64,000 bases of DNA. Origin: a virus (Duplodnaviria; Heunggongvirae; Uroviricota; Caudoviricetes). Of the stretch, positions 1-8,366 are shown one piece after another. A program made the translations under genes and the position numbers. Location of the stretch: the IMG/VR virus record IMGVR_UViG_3300003097_000006; one strand, written 5' to 3'. Positions within the stretch are counted from its first letter, which is position 1; every line of letters begins with the position of its first letter. The notes under the pieces were generated by a model. That model made no database searches and was not told where the DNA came from. It was given only the letters and a program-made list of their open reading frames with translations.

Positions 1-293
1 CCGCCAGCATTTACACGGAAGTTCTGCATACCACGACGCAGAGAACCATACGTTGCGATGAAAGTTTTGCCCTCAGATGGGAAGATTACGTTTTTAACTA
101 CGTCAGTCATTTTCTTTTCCTGTTCAGGGATATAGTGTCGGAACTCGACAAAACGCCAAGTATTCATGTAGTGCAGTGCGAGACTTTTAGCCTCTTCGTA
201 CTGAAGGCCACTTCCAATTACGTGGCCATCTTCACCCTTGCCCATACGTCCAATGAGCATGAAACGGTATTTTGGGTCGTTAAGATTTCCCAT
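1..293 (-). CDS. gamma-glutamyl cyclotransferase (AIG2/GGCT)-like protein, partial; runs off the window start
   Basis: The minus-strand reading frame is open from the ATG at 291-293 to position 1. The translation ends ...KTFIATYGSLRRGMQNFRVNAGG, and YGSLRRG is the hallmark N-terminal motif of the AIG2/GGCT fold. An alternative internal start (MTDVV, ATG at 108-110) has an AGGAAAAG ribosome-binding site. Confidence 0.5.
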   Translation of the reverse strand, partial: MGNLNDPKYRFMLIGRMGKGEDGHVIGSGLQYEEAKSLALHYMNTWRFVEFRHYIPEQEKKMTDVVKNVIFPSEGKTFIATYGSLRRGMQNFRVNAG

Positions 294-468
294 TCACAAC
301 CTTCCTACTATTGAGACTGTTGAGCAGGTTTCTGGAAAAATTAAAGGACATTGTATCAAACACCCCTTCACCCTTAGGACCAGCTTTAACTGTTTTCTCT
401 AAGTTTTCACGGAGCTTTCGCCCATTCTCTTCCATTTGAGCTTTGTGTTTTTCATCAAACAGAGCCAC
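280..468 (-). CDS. hypothetical protein (62 aa)
   Basis: ORF from the six-frame track on the strand shared by the whole block. Lys/Glu-rich, no recognisable motif. Confidence 0.35.
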   Translation of the reverse strand: MALFDEKHKAQMEENGRKLRENLEKTVKAGPKGEGVFDTMSFNFSRNLLNSLNSRKVVNGKS

Positions 469-823
469 TTTTACCCTCCGACCAGATTGGCGACAGAGAT
501 TTCAAGAATGAAAACACTTCTTTATCGCTCTTGAAACGTTTAATACCTTTGTGACGTTGAATACCTTCACCGACCATTTGAATGTACTCAAACGCATCAT
601 CAAATGAGAAGAATTCAAACTCTTCACCGCTGTAACGGTTCTTCGTTAAACGCCAAGACAGTGTTGCATCGTAGTCACAATCAATGACGTATTCTGCAAA
701 CCGAATAAGGTCACGGTAATACCGATGGGTTAGTTCATCGGCGGCCTCTTCAAAATCACAGAAGTCATATGGCTCCTCTTCCAAGAAAGCATATAACTTA
801 CCCTGAATTACCAGAATTGTCAT
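455..823 (-). CDS. hypothetical acidic protein (122 aa)
   Basis: Minus-strand ORF tightly packed against its neighbours. No recognisable motif. Confidence 0.5.
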   Translation of the reverse strand: MTILVIQGKLYAFLEEEPYDFCDFEEAADELTHRYYRDLIRFAEYVIDCDYDATLSWRLTKNRYSGEEFEFFSFDDAFEYIQMVGEGIQRHKGIKRFKSDKEVFSFLKSLSPIWSEGKSGSV

Positions 824-875
824 GTTAAAATCGCCTTGTACGCCAACCAGGCGTCTTGACTTTTGACATACACCC

Positions 876-1160
876 TCACTTGATGCTTACAGATACATCA
901 AACACAGAGGTTGGACCATCTCCACAATTCATAATGTTACTACCAGTCATAACAACAACCTTTGTGACTTTATGTTTTGCAGCGAATGCAGCAATGGCTT
1001 CCGTTAGTGCAGTATATGAATTCACATACCCAATATCGTCACAAGACCTCATGTTTGGAGAAGTCAGGGAACAATACGGACCTTTACCGGCAATAACAGA
1101 ATCAATCAACTGCTTTTTGTTGGTTTCATTCTTCGTCACAGTAGTGAACCTCAGCAACAC
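876..1160 (-). CDS. hypothetical protein (94 aa)
   Basis: Minus-strand ORF. It overlaps the 3' end of the upstream ORF 1126..1446 by 35 nt in another frame. Confidence 0.4.
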   Translation of the reverse strand: MLLRFTTVTKNETNKKQLIDSVIAGKGPYCSLTSPNMRSCDDIGYVNSYTALTEAIAAFAAKHKVTKVVVMTGSNIMNCGDGPTSVFDVSVSIK

Positions 1161-1446
1161 GGGTCACTGATTTCTTGGTCGGGTTGATACTCGAACCTTG
1201 ATACCAGCGAGAATCAGAAGAAAGTACATGACCAACCTCTGCTTCTTCAGCAGGCAGAATGGCCACATTACAGGTTTCACCCATTGCATCTTTCATATGA
1301 CTGAAAGGGTTCAGAGAGAAACGTTCGATTTTGTTACACACAGTAACTTTACAGAGACGCTGATTCTTCAGTTCATCTTTCAGAGATGCTGCTGAACCAA
1401 ACGAAACGCCTAAACCAATTACTGCAACAAGTAAAGCCTTTTTCAT
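1126..1446 (-). CDS. hypothetical secreted protein (106 aa) with N-terminal signal peptide
   Basis: N-terminus MKKALLVAVIGLGVSFGSAAS is a typical Sec signal peptide. Confidence 0.5.
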   Translation of the reverse strand: MKKALLVAVIGLGVSFGSAASLKDELKNQRLCKVTVCNKIERFSLNPFSHMKDAMGETCNVAILPAEEAEVGHVLSSDSRWYQGSSINPTKKSVTRVAEVHYCDEE

Positions 1447-1650
1447 TTAATCATTACCTTTTCTTTTAAAGTTAGAACCTACAAGAGTCCCTCTACTTCT
1501 TATTGTGGAAGTAGATACTGAGAATTGATTTCCCGTCTTTGGATTAAAAACATCACAACTTGAAGACCAGCAATATAATATTACCAGATGTTGTCCAGTT
1601 TTACCATCCATTTTAACAACAAGCCCTGGGCACAGGAAAGTATCTTTCAT
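1447..1650 (-). CDS. hypothetical protein (67 aa)
   Basis: Minus-strand ORF abutting its neighbours. Confidence 0.4.
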   Translation of the reverse strand: MKDTFLCPGLVVKMDGKTGQHLVILYCWSSSCDVFNPKTGNQFSVSTSTIRSRGTLVGSNFKRKGND

Positions 1651-1893
1651 TCAACCTCCGAGCCACTGGCTCATTGTTTTTTCGATGTACTCACACTGAA
1701 CATCTGTTGCACCTGTAGAGAATTGTTCATGCAACATACACTCCCAGAATGGATTAAAGACCTCAATCCACGTTGTTCCGTTTGAGAAGTGTGTTCTGTA
1801 GATAACACATCCATTGTTCCAAACAGAATCAATTGCTTTCTTCAGACGTTCATTTTCCATGAGCACCTCATTATTGGCTCCAAGTTTTACCAA
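1651..1893 (-). CDS. hypothetical protein (80 aa)
   Basis: Minus-strand ORF abutting its neighbours. Confidence 0.45.
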   Translation of the reverse strand: MVKLGANNEVLMENERLKKAIDSVWNNGCVIYRTHFSNGTTWIEVFNPFWECMLHEQFSTGATDVQCEYIEKTMSQWLGG

Positions 1894-1974
1894 TTAAACT
1901 AATGTTTCAGAGACAACAGGTTGTAATTGATGTTCCTACGCATCCTGATTTCGAGTCAGGAATTGGAGACGATT

Positions 1975-2033
1975 TGGTGGAGGAGACGGGGGTCGAACCC
2001 GCACAATTAATCCTATACCGACAGGACTCCCCC
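1975..2033 (-). ncRNA. tRNA-like element of unclear identity: T-arm, 7-bp acceptor helix and encoded CCA, no canonical D-arm
   Basis: The reverse complement reads GGGGGAG-TCCTGTCGGTATAGGATTAATTGT-GCGGG-TTCGACC-CCCGT-CTCCTCC-A-CCA. The T-loop (TTCGACC), the acceptor pairing GGGGGAG/CTCCTCC and the terminal ACCA are clear, but only about 59 nt lie between the acceptor strands. Confidence 0.3.
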
Positions 2034-2117
2034 TGAATTTGGGCGAGTTTGTTTAAAGAGGGTTGACTCGCTTACCTCTCCCACACGTTCTCGGTTTGGG
2101 TTTCGAGAACTTACGCC

Positions 2118-2195
2118 TGGTGGATACTTCGGGACTCCAACCCGAGTCTCAGGACCTAAAGCCCTGCGCGCATATGCTTACATCGCCTAGTACCC
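2118..2195 (-). tRNA. atypical tRNA, anticodon UUA as folded (would read the UAA ochre codon); candidate suppressor tRNA
   Basis: The reverse complement folds as: acceptor GGGTACT/AGTATCC; D-stem GCG/CGC; anticodon stem CAGGG/TCCTG; loop CTTTAGG (U33, anticodon TTA); variable loop AGAC; T-arm TCGGG-TTGGAGT-CCCGA; discriminator A plus CCA. Atypical features are A8 and no GG in the D-loop. Confidence 0.45.
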
Positions 2196-2366
2196 GTTTA
2201 TGTTTGCAAGTCCGTGTCGTTAATACGGCTCTCCGGGCTCATGCGACCCAGCGCATTTTGTATACTCTATGCTAACTTGCTAAGTGGTGAATTGAAGCAT
2301 AATTACCGCTATACGACCACCCTTTCGGGCAGGTTGGTTCTGACCCAACGTCTCTTCAATTCAAAA

Positions 2367-2455
2367 TGGTTGGGGTGGTGGGATTTGAACCCACACTCCA
2401 CTTAAGGAGACACATTCTTAGTGTGCTGCGTACGCCTTTCCGCCACACCCCATTA
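2367..2455 (-). tRNA. type-II tRNA (Leu-like) with a long variable arm; anticodon AAG as folded
   Basis: The reverse complement has acceptor TGGGGTG/CACCCCA, D-stem GCG/CGC with loop GAAAGGCGTA, anticodon stem GCACA/TGTGT, loop CTAAGAA, variable arm CTCC-TTAAGT-GGAG, T-arm GTGGG-TTCAAAT-CCCAC and a terminal ACCA. Confidence 0.5.
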
Positions 2456-2500
2456 ATTCATATTCGACAAAGGCCACTCCGAAGAATGACCTTTAGCAAA

Positions 2501-3079
2501 TTACTCAGGCTTGGCCTTGAGTTTGACGACTCGTAACTGTTTGGTCTGAGCGGTGCGCTTGTATTCATCCAGAGAATCCGGAGATACAGTCATAGCGCCC
2601 CAACCTTCAACACGAACATTAATACGAACCATCTTATCATACAACTCCTTGATTTGTGCTGGAGTTTCAATCTTATCACCCTGTACCTGGTTAACCACAA
2701 CTACAGTTTTACCAGTGGATTTCAGACCTTTCTTCACAACACGAGCAGTTACATGATAACCAACAATTACCTCAGTTGTTTCAATGTCAAGGAATTCATC
2801 AGTCAGGTCAATAATATTGGCATCTTTACGACGACCAATATCATATACGCTGCCAACACGGAAACTATCACCAATGTCATAGACACGGATGCCAGTTAAC
2901 TGGGAGCTTGCATATGCTTCTGCACTGCCATAGTTACGAACCATATAAGAATGCTGATTAGCAGACTGACGGACGTAGTTGCTATGATAGGCATCATAGA
3001 TTGACTTTAACTGAGCGAATACATCATCTTTCTCAGTGGAGATGGACATGATGTTGCCAGAATTAACAGTGATAAACAT
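2501..3079 (-). CDS. hypothetical protein (192 aa)
   Basis: The ORF is preceded by the conserved promoter-like box at 3094-3117 and by an AAGGAAC ribosome-binding site. Confidence 0.6.
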   Translation of the reverse strand: MFITVNSGNIMSISTEKDDVFAQLKSIYDAYHSNYVRQSANQHSYMVRNYGSAEAYASSQLTGIRVYDIGDSFRVGSVYDIGRRKDANIIDLTDEFLDIETTEVIVGYHVTARVVKKGLKSTGKTVVVVNQVQGDKIETPAQIKELYDKMVRINVRVEGWGAMTVSPDSLDEYKRTAQTKQLRVVKLKAKPE

Positions 3080-3093
3080 GAGAATATAGTTCC

Positions 3094-3117
3094 TTTATAT
3101 TATGTGGATTTACTGTA
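3094..3117 (-). promoter_or_regulatory. conserved promoter-like box (GTAAATCCACATAATATAAAGGA on the minus strand) 15 nt upstream of gene 2501..3079
   Basis: It is one of four near-identical copies (3094, 16073, 29037, 34976). Each contains a TATAAT-like element and three sit directly upstream of a ribosome-binding site and start codon. Confidence 0.5.
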
Positions 3118-3136
3118 CAATCTTTGTACAGGTCTA

Positions 3137-3652
3137 TTACAGACGGGTTACTACGTTTTCGTAAGTGGTTACAGCTTTACGAGCCACTTTACCGTGCAAG
3201 CGACACCAGAAGAACTCGCCGCCGTGACGCTCAGCCATAGAGTGAGCAACAGCACGAGCCTGCTTTTCACTTTCCAGAACTACGCGAGGTGGCAGGTTTG
3301 AAGTCGGGCACCAGATGATATACTTACCTGGAACATCATCATCGTCTTTCTCTGGAATTGCTTTAGCGCCGTTAGGGCAAAGCTTCTCTTCCAGATACAT
3401 TGCAGTACCATACACCAATGTCCAACAATACTGGCGAAGCTTCTCTTTAGTTACTTCACGAGTACAGTTGAAAGTACGAATAACATTGCCATCGACGTCG
3501 AAATAAGTAACGTCGGTGCTATTAGAGTTAGCACCCGGTTTCAGTTCGATAGCACCTGCAATATTGCTACCGCGTTTAAGGAGAATTCGGTCACCGGTTT
3601 TAAATACATAGGACGGGCCACGAGCCGGAATCAGAGTGTGCTTAACGGTCAT
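3137..3652 (-). CDS. hypothetical protein (171 aa)
   Basis: Minus-strand ORF. Contains a DDDD acidic patch and no recognisable motif. Confidence 0.6.
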   Translation of the reverse strand: MTVKHTLIPARGPSYVFKTGDRILLKRGSNIAGAIELKPGANSNSTDVTYFDVDGNVIRTFNCTREVTKEKLRQYCWTLVYGTAMYLEEKLCPNGAKAIPEKDDDDVPGKYIIWCPTSNLPPRVVLESEKQARAVAHSMAERHGGEFFWCRLHGKVARKAVTTYENVVTRL

Positions 3653-3858
3653 TATTTACCTACCTTGGTAACTGCTTCGATGATGTGAGAAGGGAATGAT
3701 GCAACCAACTGCATGTTGGACTGACCTTTATCGTTCACACCGCTTTCATAGAACTTGGTGTGAGCTGGGTCAATTTGAACCATATCCGCATGAAATGTCT
3801 GAGCTCTACGGTCAACCTCAGATTTCAGGAACTCTACTTTGTACTTAACCTTTGCCAT
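3652..3858 (-). CDS. hypothetical protein (68 aa)
   Basis: Minus-strand ORF whose stop overlaps the next start. Confidence 0.5.
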   Translation of the reverse strand: MAKVKYKVEFLKSEVDRRAQTFHADMVQIDPAHTKFYESGVNDKGQSNMQLVASFPSHIIEAVTKVGK

Positions 3859-3860
3859 TG

Positions 3861-4046
3861 TTAAACCTCAACGACTGATTTGATTTGCTCTAATGGATAG
3901 AGCGCGATTGTATCATAGCGATTTTCACCACTACGAATGGTTTCTTTCTCTTTAAGAATCTGCACAGATGCAGAATCTGTCCAGAGCTTAGTGCCGTTAT
4001 GACGAACCTTCTCGTCATTGTACAGTGTTACTTCGTAGACTTTCAT
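3861..4046 (-). CDS. hypothetical protein (61 aa)
   Basis: Minus-strand ORF. Confidence 0.45.
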   Translation of the reverse strand: MKVYEVTLYNDEKVRHNGTKLWTDSASVQILKEKETIRSGENRYDTIALYPLEQIKSVVEV

Positions 4047-4047
4047 G

Positions 4048-4275
4048 TTACGACCACGCTGGTGTCATGTCCTTCAAGGCAAAGTCACGAACCTGGTCTT
4101 TATCCACGTCGAGCGCCTTCAGGAGCCACTGGTCCTCAGGATGCCACTCCGTGTGGCCGAACCAGATGTTGATGGGGATGATTCTGCGTTCAGCAGTTTC
4201 ACCACGATAGTTGGTATAGGTGACCCGGTGTGGAACACCGAGCACCATCAACTTAGGACGGTACTCGTTTGCCAT
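4048..4275 (-). CDS. hypothetical protein (75 aa)
   Basis: Minus-strand ORF. The plus-strand ORF 4045..4278 lying antisense to it is taken as spurious. Confidence 0.45.
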   Translation of the reverse strand: MANEYRPKLMVLGVPHRVTYTNYRGETAERRIIPINIWFGHTEWHPEDQWLLKALDVDKDQVRDFALKDMTPAWS

Positions 4276-4595
4276 TAGAAAGGTATCTTGTCGTCAAAGC
4301 CAATCATAGACTGAGCAATACGCTCAATCTCCCTGTCACGCATCTGCTGACGGAAGCACATCTTGTCATATATTTCAATGACCTTTCGTACTTTATCATC
4401 AATGGTGATTTTAGGCTTCACATCGTCAATGAAATGAAGCCTTCGGAAAGGCATGACCAAGTACACAAACTTCGCAGCTTCGAGATTAGTGCGAAGGCAT
4501 ACTCGGTCACCATTGCTCAACTTATAATACACAGAGGTGCTCCAGAATTGTTGCGTCTGATGCCGCGACTGGAACCTCCCAGCCAACGATTTCAA
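4275..4595 (-). CDS. hypothetical protein (106 aa); start uncertain
   Basis: Minus-strand ORF overlapping the 3' end of the ATP-grasp gene by about 74 nt. An internal Met would remove the overlap. Confidence 0.4.
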   Translation of the reverse strand: MKSLAGRFQSRHQTQQFWSTSVYYKLSNGDRVCLRTNLEAAKFVYLVMPFRRLHFIDDVKPKITIDDKVRKVIEIYDKMCFRQQMRDREIERIAQSMIGFDDKIPF

Positions 4596-5781
4596 AGTGA
4601 GACATGCTTACGTCGTACTTACCAACAGTACGCTCACCGTCAACAGTGATTAAATAAACACCGTTGTTTTGGAGAGTTGGAGTGCTATTTGCCAACTGAA
4701 CAGCACGTTCGCCATTACGACGGCTCTGGTTGCTTTGGGTACGGTTTACAGGAGTTGCCCGTAAGTTTTGTGCAGAATCGCCGGACAGCGCAAAGTTTTC
4801 ATCAGCAGCAACTTCTTGTTCAGGAGCCGGTGCTGGCGCTGGGGCAGGTGCAGCTTCACGCTGTAAAGTCTGACGAACGGTACGTGTCTGAGCAGAAGGT
4901 GTGTTGTTCACTTCACGCTGAAGTTCGTCCAGAGAAGGGGCAGGCATCACCTCTTCAACTTCCTGGCCGTTCAGGAGACGCAGCACGTTTGATGCGAAGG
5001 TTGTCAGGTTAGTGCCTGTCATACCTGGAGCGGTATTTACTTCCAGAACCCATGCTTCATCACGACGAGTGATTACATCAACTGCACCGTAATCCAGACC
5101 CAGAGCCTGAATAGCTTTCAGCGCTTCACGCTTAGCCTCTTCATTAAGCTGAGCCATTTGGGTGGCATAAATCCAGCCGGTATGGTAGTTGCGAACTACG
5201 CCAGAATATTCCGGCATGTCAGCGTAACCATCACGACGCTTTTTCTGCTGAACGTAGGTGATTTTACCTTTCATGACGTGAATACGGAACTCACGACGGT
5301 CTGCGGTAATACCACGAGTGTACAACTGGGCGCTTACCGCTGATTCAGAAGTCTGGACACCACCGATGTTTCCCAGGCTGGAAGGGTCGCGGTGACAGGC
5401 AACGATGCCCTCGCCTGAATGGCCCTGGAGTCTTGTGCGGGCATAGACAAGTTCACCGCTGTCAACCCACTCTTGGGCGGTTGTGCGTGAAGTGGTGAAG
5501 TCGACAGTTTTGACTCCAGCATCTGCAAAAGTTCGGAAAGCGGTTGATTTATTGGAAGCGTTGCCAATGCGATGTCCTGGGTTGAGAACGGTAGCACGAC
5601 CGATTACGTGAGAAGGCATGTTGGAATCACCATAGTTAATGATGATATCACCAGCACGGCCTGTGAAATTGGAGTTGTTGCGACGAATTTTAATCAGGTT
5701 GTCACCCTGTGCAGCCACTTCAACTTTCAGTGCATTTACAGTGTCAGAAGCCGCGTGAGACCAGATTGCTAAACGTGCCAT
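4522..5781 (-). CDS. ATP-grasp family ligase (RimK-like) with PAPAPAPAPE linker and extra C-terminal domain
   Basis: The segment ...GAVDVITRRDEAWVLEVNTAPGMTG matches the ExN..PG C-terminal ATP-grasp motif, and the N-terminal half fits an ATP-grasp fold. A (PA)4 linker precedes an approximately 100-aa tail. It sits in a cluster with the GATase and amidoligases. Confidence 0.65.
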   Translation of the reverse strand: MARLAIWSHAASDTVNALKVEVAAQGDNLIKIRRNNSNFTGRAGDIIINYGDSNMPSHVIGRATVLNPGHRIGNASNKSTAFRTFADAGVKTVDFTTSRTTAQEWVDSGELVYARTRLQGHSGEGIVACHRDPSSLGNIGGVQTSESAVSAQLYTRGITADRREFRIHVMKGKITYVQQKKRRDGYADMPEYSGVVRNYHTGWIYATQMAQLNEEAKREALKAIQALGLDYGAVDVITRRDEAWVLEVNTAPGMTGTNLTTFASNVLRLLNGQEVEEVMPAPSLDELQREVNNTPSAQTRTVRQTLQREAAPAPAPAPAPEQEVAADENFALSGDSAQNLRATPVNRTQSNQSRRNGERAVQLANSTPTLQNNGVYLITVDGERTVGKYDVSMSHFEIVGWEVPVAASDATILEHLCVL

Positions 5782-5858
5782 TTTGTATTTACCTTTTCAT
5801 CTATTGGTTGGGAAGAATCTACATTATAAGAGGCTCCGAAGAACCTCTGAAATATAGA

Positions 5859-6110
5859 CTACGCCTCTTTCAAAGCAAGAAGACTTGCAACAATATCACG
5901 ATTCTTAGTTTTAAGACCCGCAATCTCGTCGTCTATAAGGCTGTAGTGATAGGTGAGCATCATCAGTGAAAGTTCGCCATTCGTATGGGAAATCATCTGA
6001 TTGACGTAATACAACTTCTCCTCAAGAAGCTCACCAATACGCTTAAGGTTGTCTTTGCAGAGAGCATCGCTCTCCGCTTTCAACTCCTTCATTACATCCT
6101 TATCGGACAT
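5859..6110 (-). CDS. hypothetical coiled-coil protein (83 aa)
   Basis: Minus-strand ORF. Confidence 0.5.
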   Translation of the reverse strand: MSDKDVMKELKAESDALCKDNLKRIGELLEEKLYYVNQMISHTNGELSLMMLTYHYSLIDDEIAGLKTKNRDIVASLLALKEA

Positions 6111-6340
6111 TAGACCTTAATACCTTTCAGTCGGCAATAATCGGCCAGCATCATGTGAATTGACACTGGATAAGGGATGGCCACTTTAACTCCCTTCTGT
6201 TCTTCGTGGAGACGGACTTGGTAGTCACGTACCGCTCGGAGCATATCTGAACCAAAGTCGGTCATTGGCACTTTACGTACTACAACCGGATTGTCCAGGC
6301 GGAGCATTTTAACTTCTTTCATTGAATTATCCATATTCAT
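6110..6340 (-). CDS. hypothetical protein (76 aa)
   Basis: Minus-strand ORF abutting its neighbours. Confidence 0.5.
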   Translation of the reverse strand: MNMDNSMKEVKMLRLDNPVVVRKVPMTDFGSDMLRAVRDYQVRLHEEQKGVKVAIPYPVSIHMMLADYCRLKGIKV

Positions 6341-6349
6341 CTTTACCTA

Positions 6350-8299
6350 TTACTTGTTGTGGCTTGGAACCATTCCCAGTTCCAATTTTTTAGCGCAGGT
6401 TTCACAGCAAGGTGTGCTACCTACGAATTCTGTCGTTGCTGCCTTTTTGAATGGAATTTTATCATGACACCAAGAGCAGGTGTTCATTTCATTCCACTGA
6501 GACAGCGTGACCTTCATCCCATTTTGAAGAGTTTTACGATACGTCAGAATTGGACGAACGTTGCCCTTCGGTTTGTTAGCGTATTTGTTTGCAAAGCACT
6601 GCAAACAGACACACTCTTTTTCTGACTCTGCATCAACTGGAAGTTCAGTCGAACATTCGATACACTCGAAGCGAAGTTCTCCCAGTTGAGGCTCCCCCTT
6701 TGATTGTGACTCCTTTGGTTCAAGGCCGTCAATAAGACCGGCATCTACGCAGGCGTCACAGTAGGCGAAGTCACGGAACACAGTGGCATCAGCCATGAAG
6801 TCGAAGGGGATTGGAGAGCCACAATTTCCGCAGGAATTTAAACAATCGTGTCTCTCCCACTCCTTTTTTGTATAGACGCTACCATCTCTGGTTACGTCCA
6901 TTTCGTTACCGTCTGATTCCTCTTCTTCCATTTCTGGGTCTTGAGGGACGTCAACGTCGTCAGGAGTGTGTGTCTGAGCAATCAGCGCAGTTCCACGAAC
7001 AGTTGATGCAATGATATGTTCCATTTCATCATCTTCATCAAAATCATCATCCAAAGGAATTGGAGTGACATTGACAGTTTCGTCACGAACATCGCTGACA
7101 ATCAGAGTCAGAATGTAGTTGGCTTCATAAGCCGAGATAACTTTACCAGAGTACAGTTGCTCACCGCCATAGATGTTTTTATCAACACCATGACCCTGAA
7201 CTTCGATGTACTCACCTTCACCAATCCAGCCGGTCAGTTGACCACGCTCAGGATTTTTCGGATATGGTTCGAACTGGAATGCTTCGAACTTAATACGGTC
7301 ACCGATTACAGCATCAACGCCGTGGCTCTGAAGCATCTCATTTAACTGATGATGCTTTTCGAGCGTGGCTCTCATTTCTGATGTTTGATGAGTGTTGCTA
7401 GAAACGCGGTTTGGATAGCTGTTAGCCCCTCGATTATTGTGGGGCCAGCGGCTGTCGTAGTCGTCGTAGTCGTCGTCATACGAGTTATAGCCGCCCGAAT
7501 TCCAGTTGCGATAGTTGTAAGAATAGGTGGAGCGAAAGGTTGGAAGCTCATGCTTCACCTCCTCCCTAAACTTCAGCCCATCGGCGGTATCAAAGATATA
7601 CTGAACACCAACTTCGAGTTCAAACTCTTTTTCAATCGTCGGATTGAACTTCCGGCGAGACATAATCCATTTAATCATGTCTTTTTCGGAAGCACCATAC
7701 CAGTCACCGGTATTGGTTTTCATCATGTAGAAAGGACGCTCATCGTTTCGGATGAAATTCAGAGTGTTCTCTTTAGCATCATGCCAAACCAGAACGAACG
7801 CACCATGCAATTTCTTGATGGTTTCAGCGATACCGATTGTAGCAATCGAATAGCAGACATTTTCACTGTCTACTTCGAAACGCTTGTGGTCTGGTAACAA
7901 AGACTGGTCAACCAGTGAACCATTGTGAACCAGGGTGATATGCTCATGTTGGAAAGGGTGAGCGTTTTTGTCGTTAACCGCACCGGCAGTTGCATAACGG
8001 TTGTGACCAACCATGAACTTCGGATTGATTGAAGACGTCGTTGTTGCCTTCGTAACAGGGTTAACATTTTTGGTTTTGTGTTCTTTAACATCATCCCAGA
8101 TTTGGGAACGAACAAACATGTCACCTGGGATTGCTTTCTTTGCAATCTTAATGAAAGCTTGTTCATTATACGGCTTGTAATAAGCCATGACGCCAGTTGA
8201 GTGTTCACCACGGAAAGTGTCAGCAAACAACATGTTTTCAAAACGTTCGATATTAGCCGACGAAAGTGTCACGCCGCCCACAAATACGATTCCACACAT
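6350..8299 (-). CDS. class-II (Ntn) glutamine amidotransferase fused to a C-terminal array of CxxC zinc ribbons
   Basis: The protein starts MCGIVFVGG with a Cys2 nucleophile and carries GHNRYATAG, both characteristic of GATase class II (GlmS/AsnB/PurF-like). A Tyr/Asp/Asn-rich low-complexity linker follows. The C-terminus has at least 5 CxxC pairs (CGNCG, CDAC, CIEC, CLQC, CSWC, CETC). Confidence 0.7.
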   Translation of the reverse strand: MCGIVFVGGVTLSSANIERFENMLFADTFRGEHSTGVMAYYKPYNEQAFIKIAKKAIPGDMFVRSQIWDDVKEHKTKNVNPVTKATTTSSINPKFMVGHNRYATAGAVNDKNAHPFQHEHITLVHNGSLVDQSLLPDHKRFEVDSENVCYSIATIGIAETIKKLHGAFVLVWHDAKENTLNFIRNDERPFYMMKTNTGDWYGASEKDMIKWIMSRRKFNPTIEKEFELEVGVQYIFDTADGLKFREEVKHELPTFRSTYSYNYRNWNSGGYNSYDDDYDDYDSRWPHNNRGANSYPNRVSSNTHQTSEMRATLEKHHQLNEMLQSHGVDAVIGDRIKFEAFQFEPYPKNPERGQLTGWIGEGEYIEVQGHGVDKNIYGGEQLYSGKVISAYEANYILTLIVSDVRDETVNVTPIPLDDDFDEDDEMEHIIASTVRGTALIAQTHTPDDVDVPQDPEMEEEESDGNEMDVTRDGSVYTKKEWERHDCLNSCGNCGSPIPFDFMADATVFRDFAYCDACVDAGLIDGLEPKESQSKGEPQLGELRFECIECSTELPVDAESEKECVCLQCFANKYANKPKGNVRPILTYRKTLQNGMKVTLSQWNEMNTCSWCHDKIPFKKAATTEFVGSTPCCETCAKKLELGMVPSHNK

Positions 8300-8366
8300 G
8301 GGAAAGTTTCCTCTTGAAACATTTAAAGAAGGGGCTTTATGCCCCTATGATGGACGATAGTTCGTC

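Noticed and set aside
856-1170. 104-aa plus-strand ORF
   Set aside because: Opposite strand to the entire block. It is antisense to 876..1160 and 1126..1446.
2063-2405. Plus-strand ORFs 2063..2275 and 2214..2405
   Set aside because: They overlap the minus-strand tRNA and tRNA-like elements and lie in an otherwise ORF-free RNA region.
1975-2455. Possibility that the whole 1975-2455 interval is one tmRNA-like molecule
   Set aside because: The 3' end GCGGGTTCGACCCCCGTCTCCTCCACCA resembles a tmRNA terminus. However, no complementary 5' GGAGGAG acceptor strand exists within about 350 nt, and an independent complete tRNA with its own CCA occupies 2367..2455.
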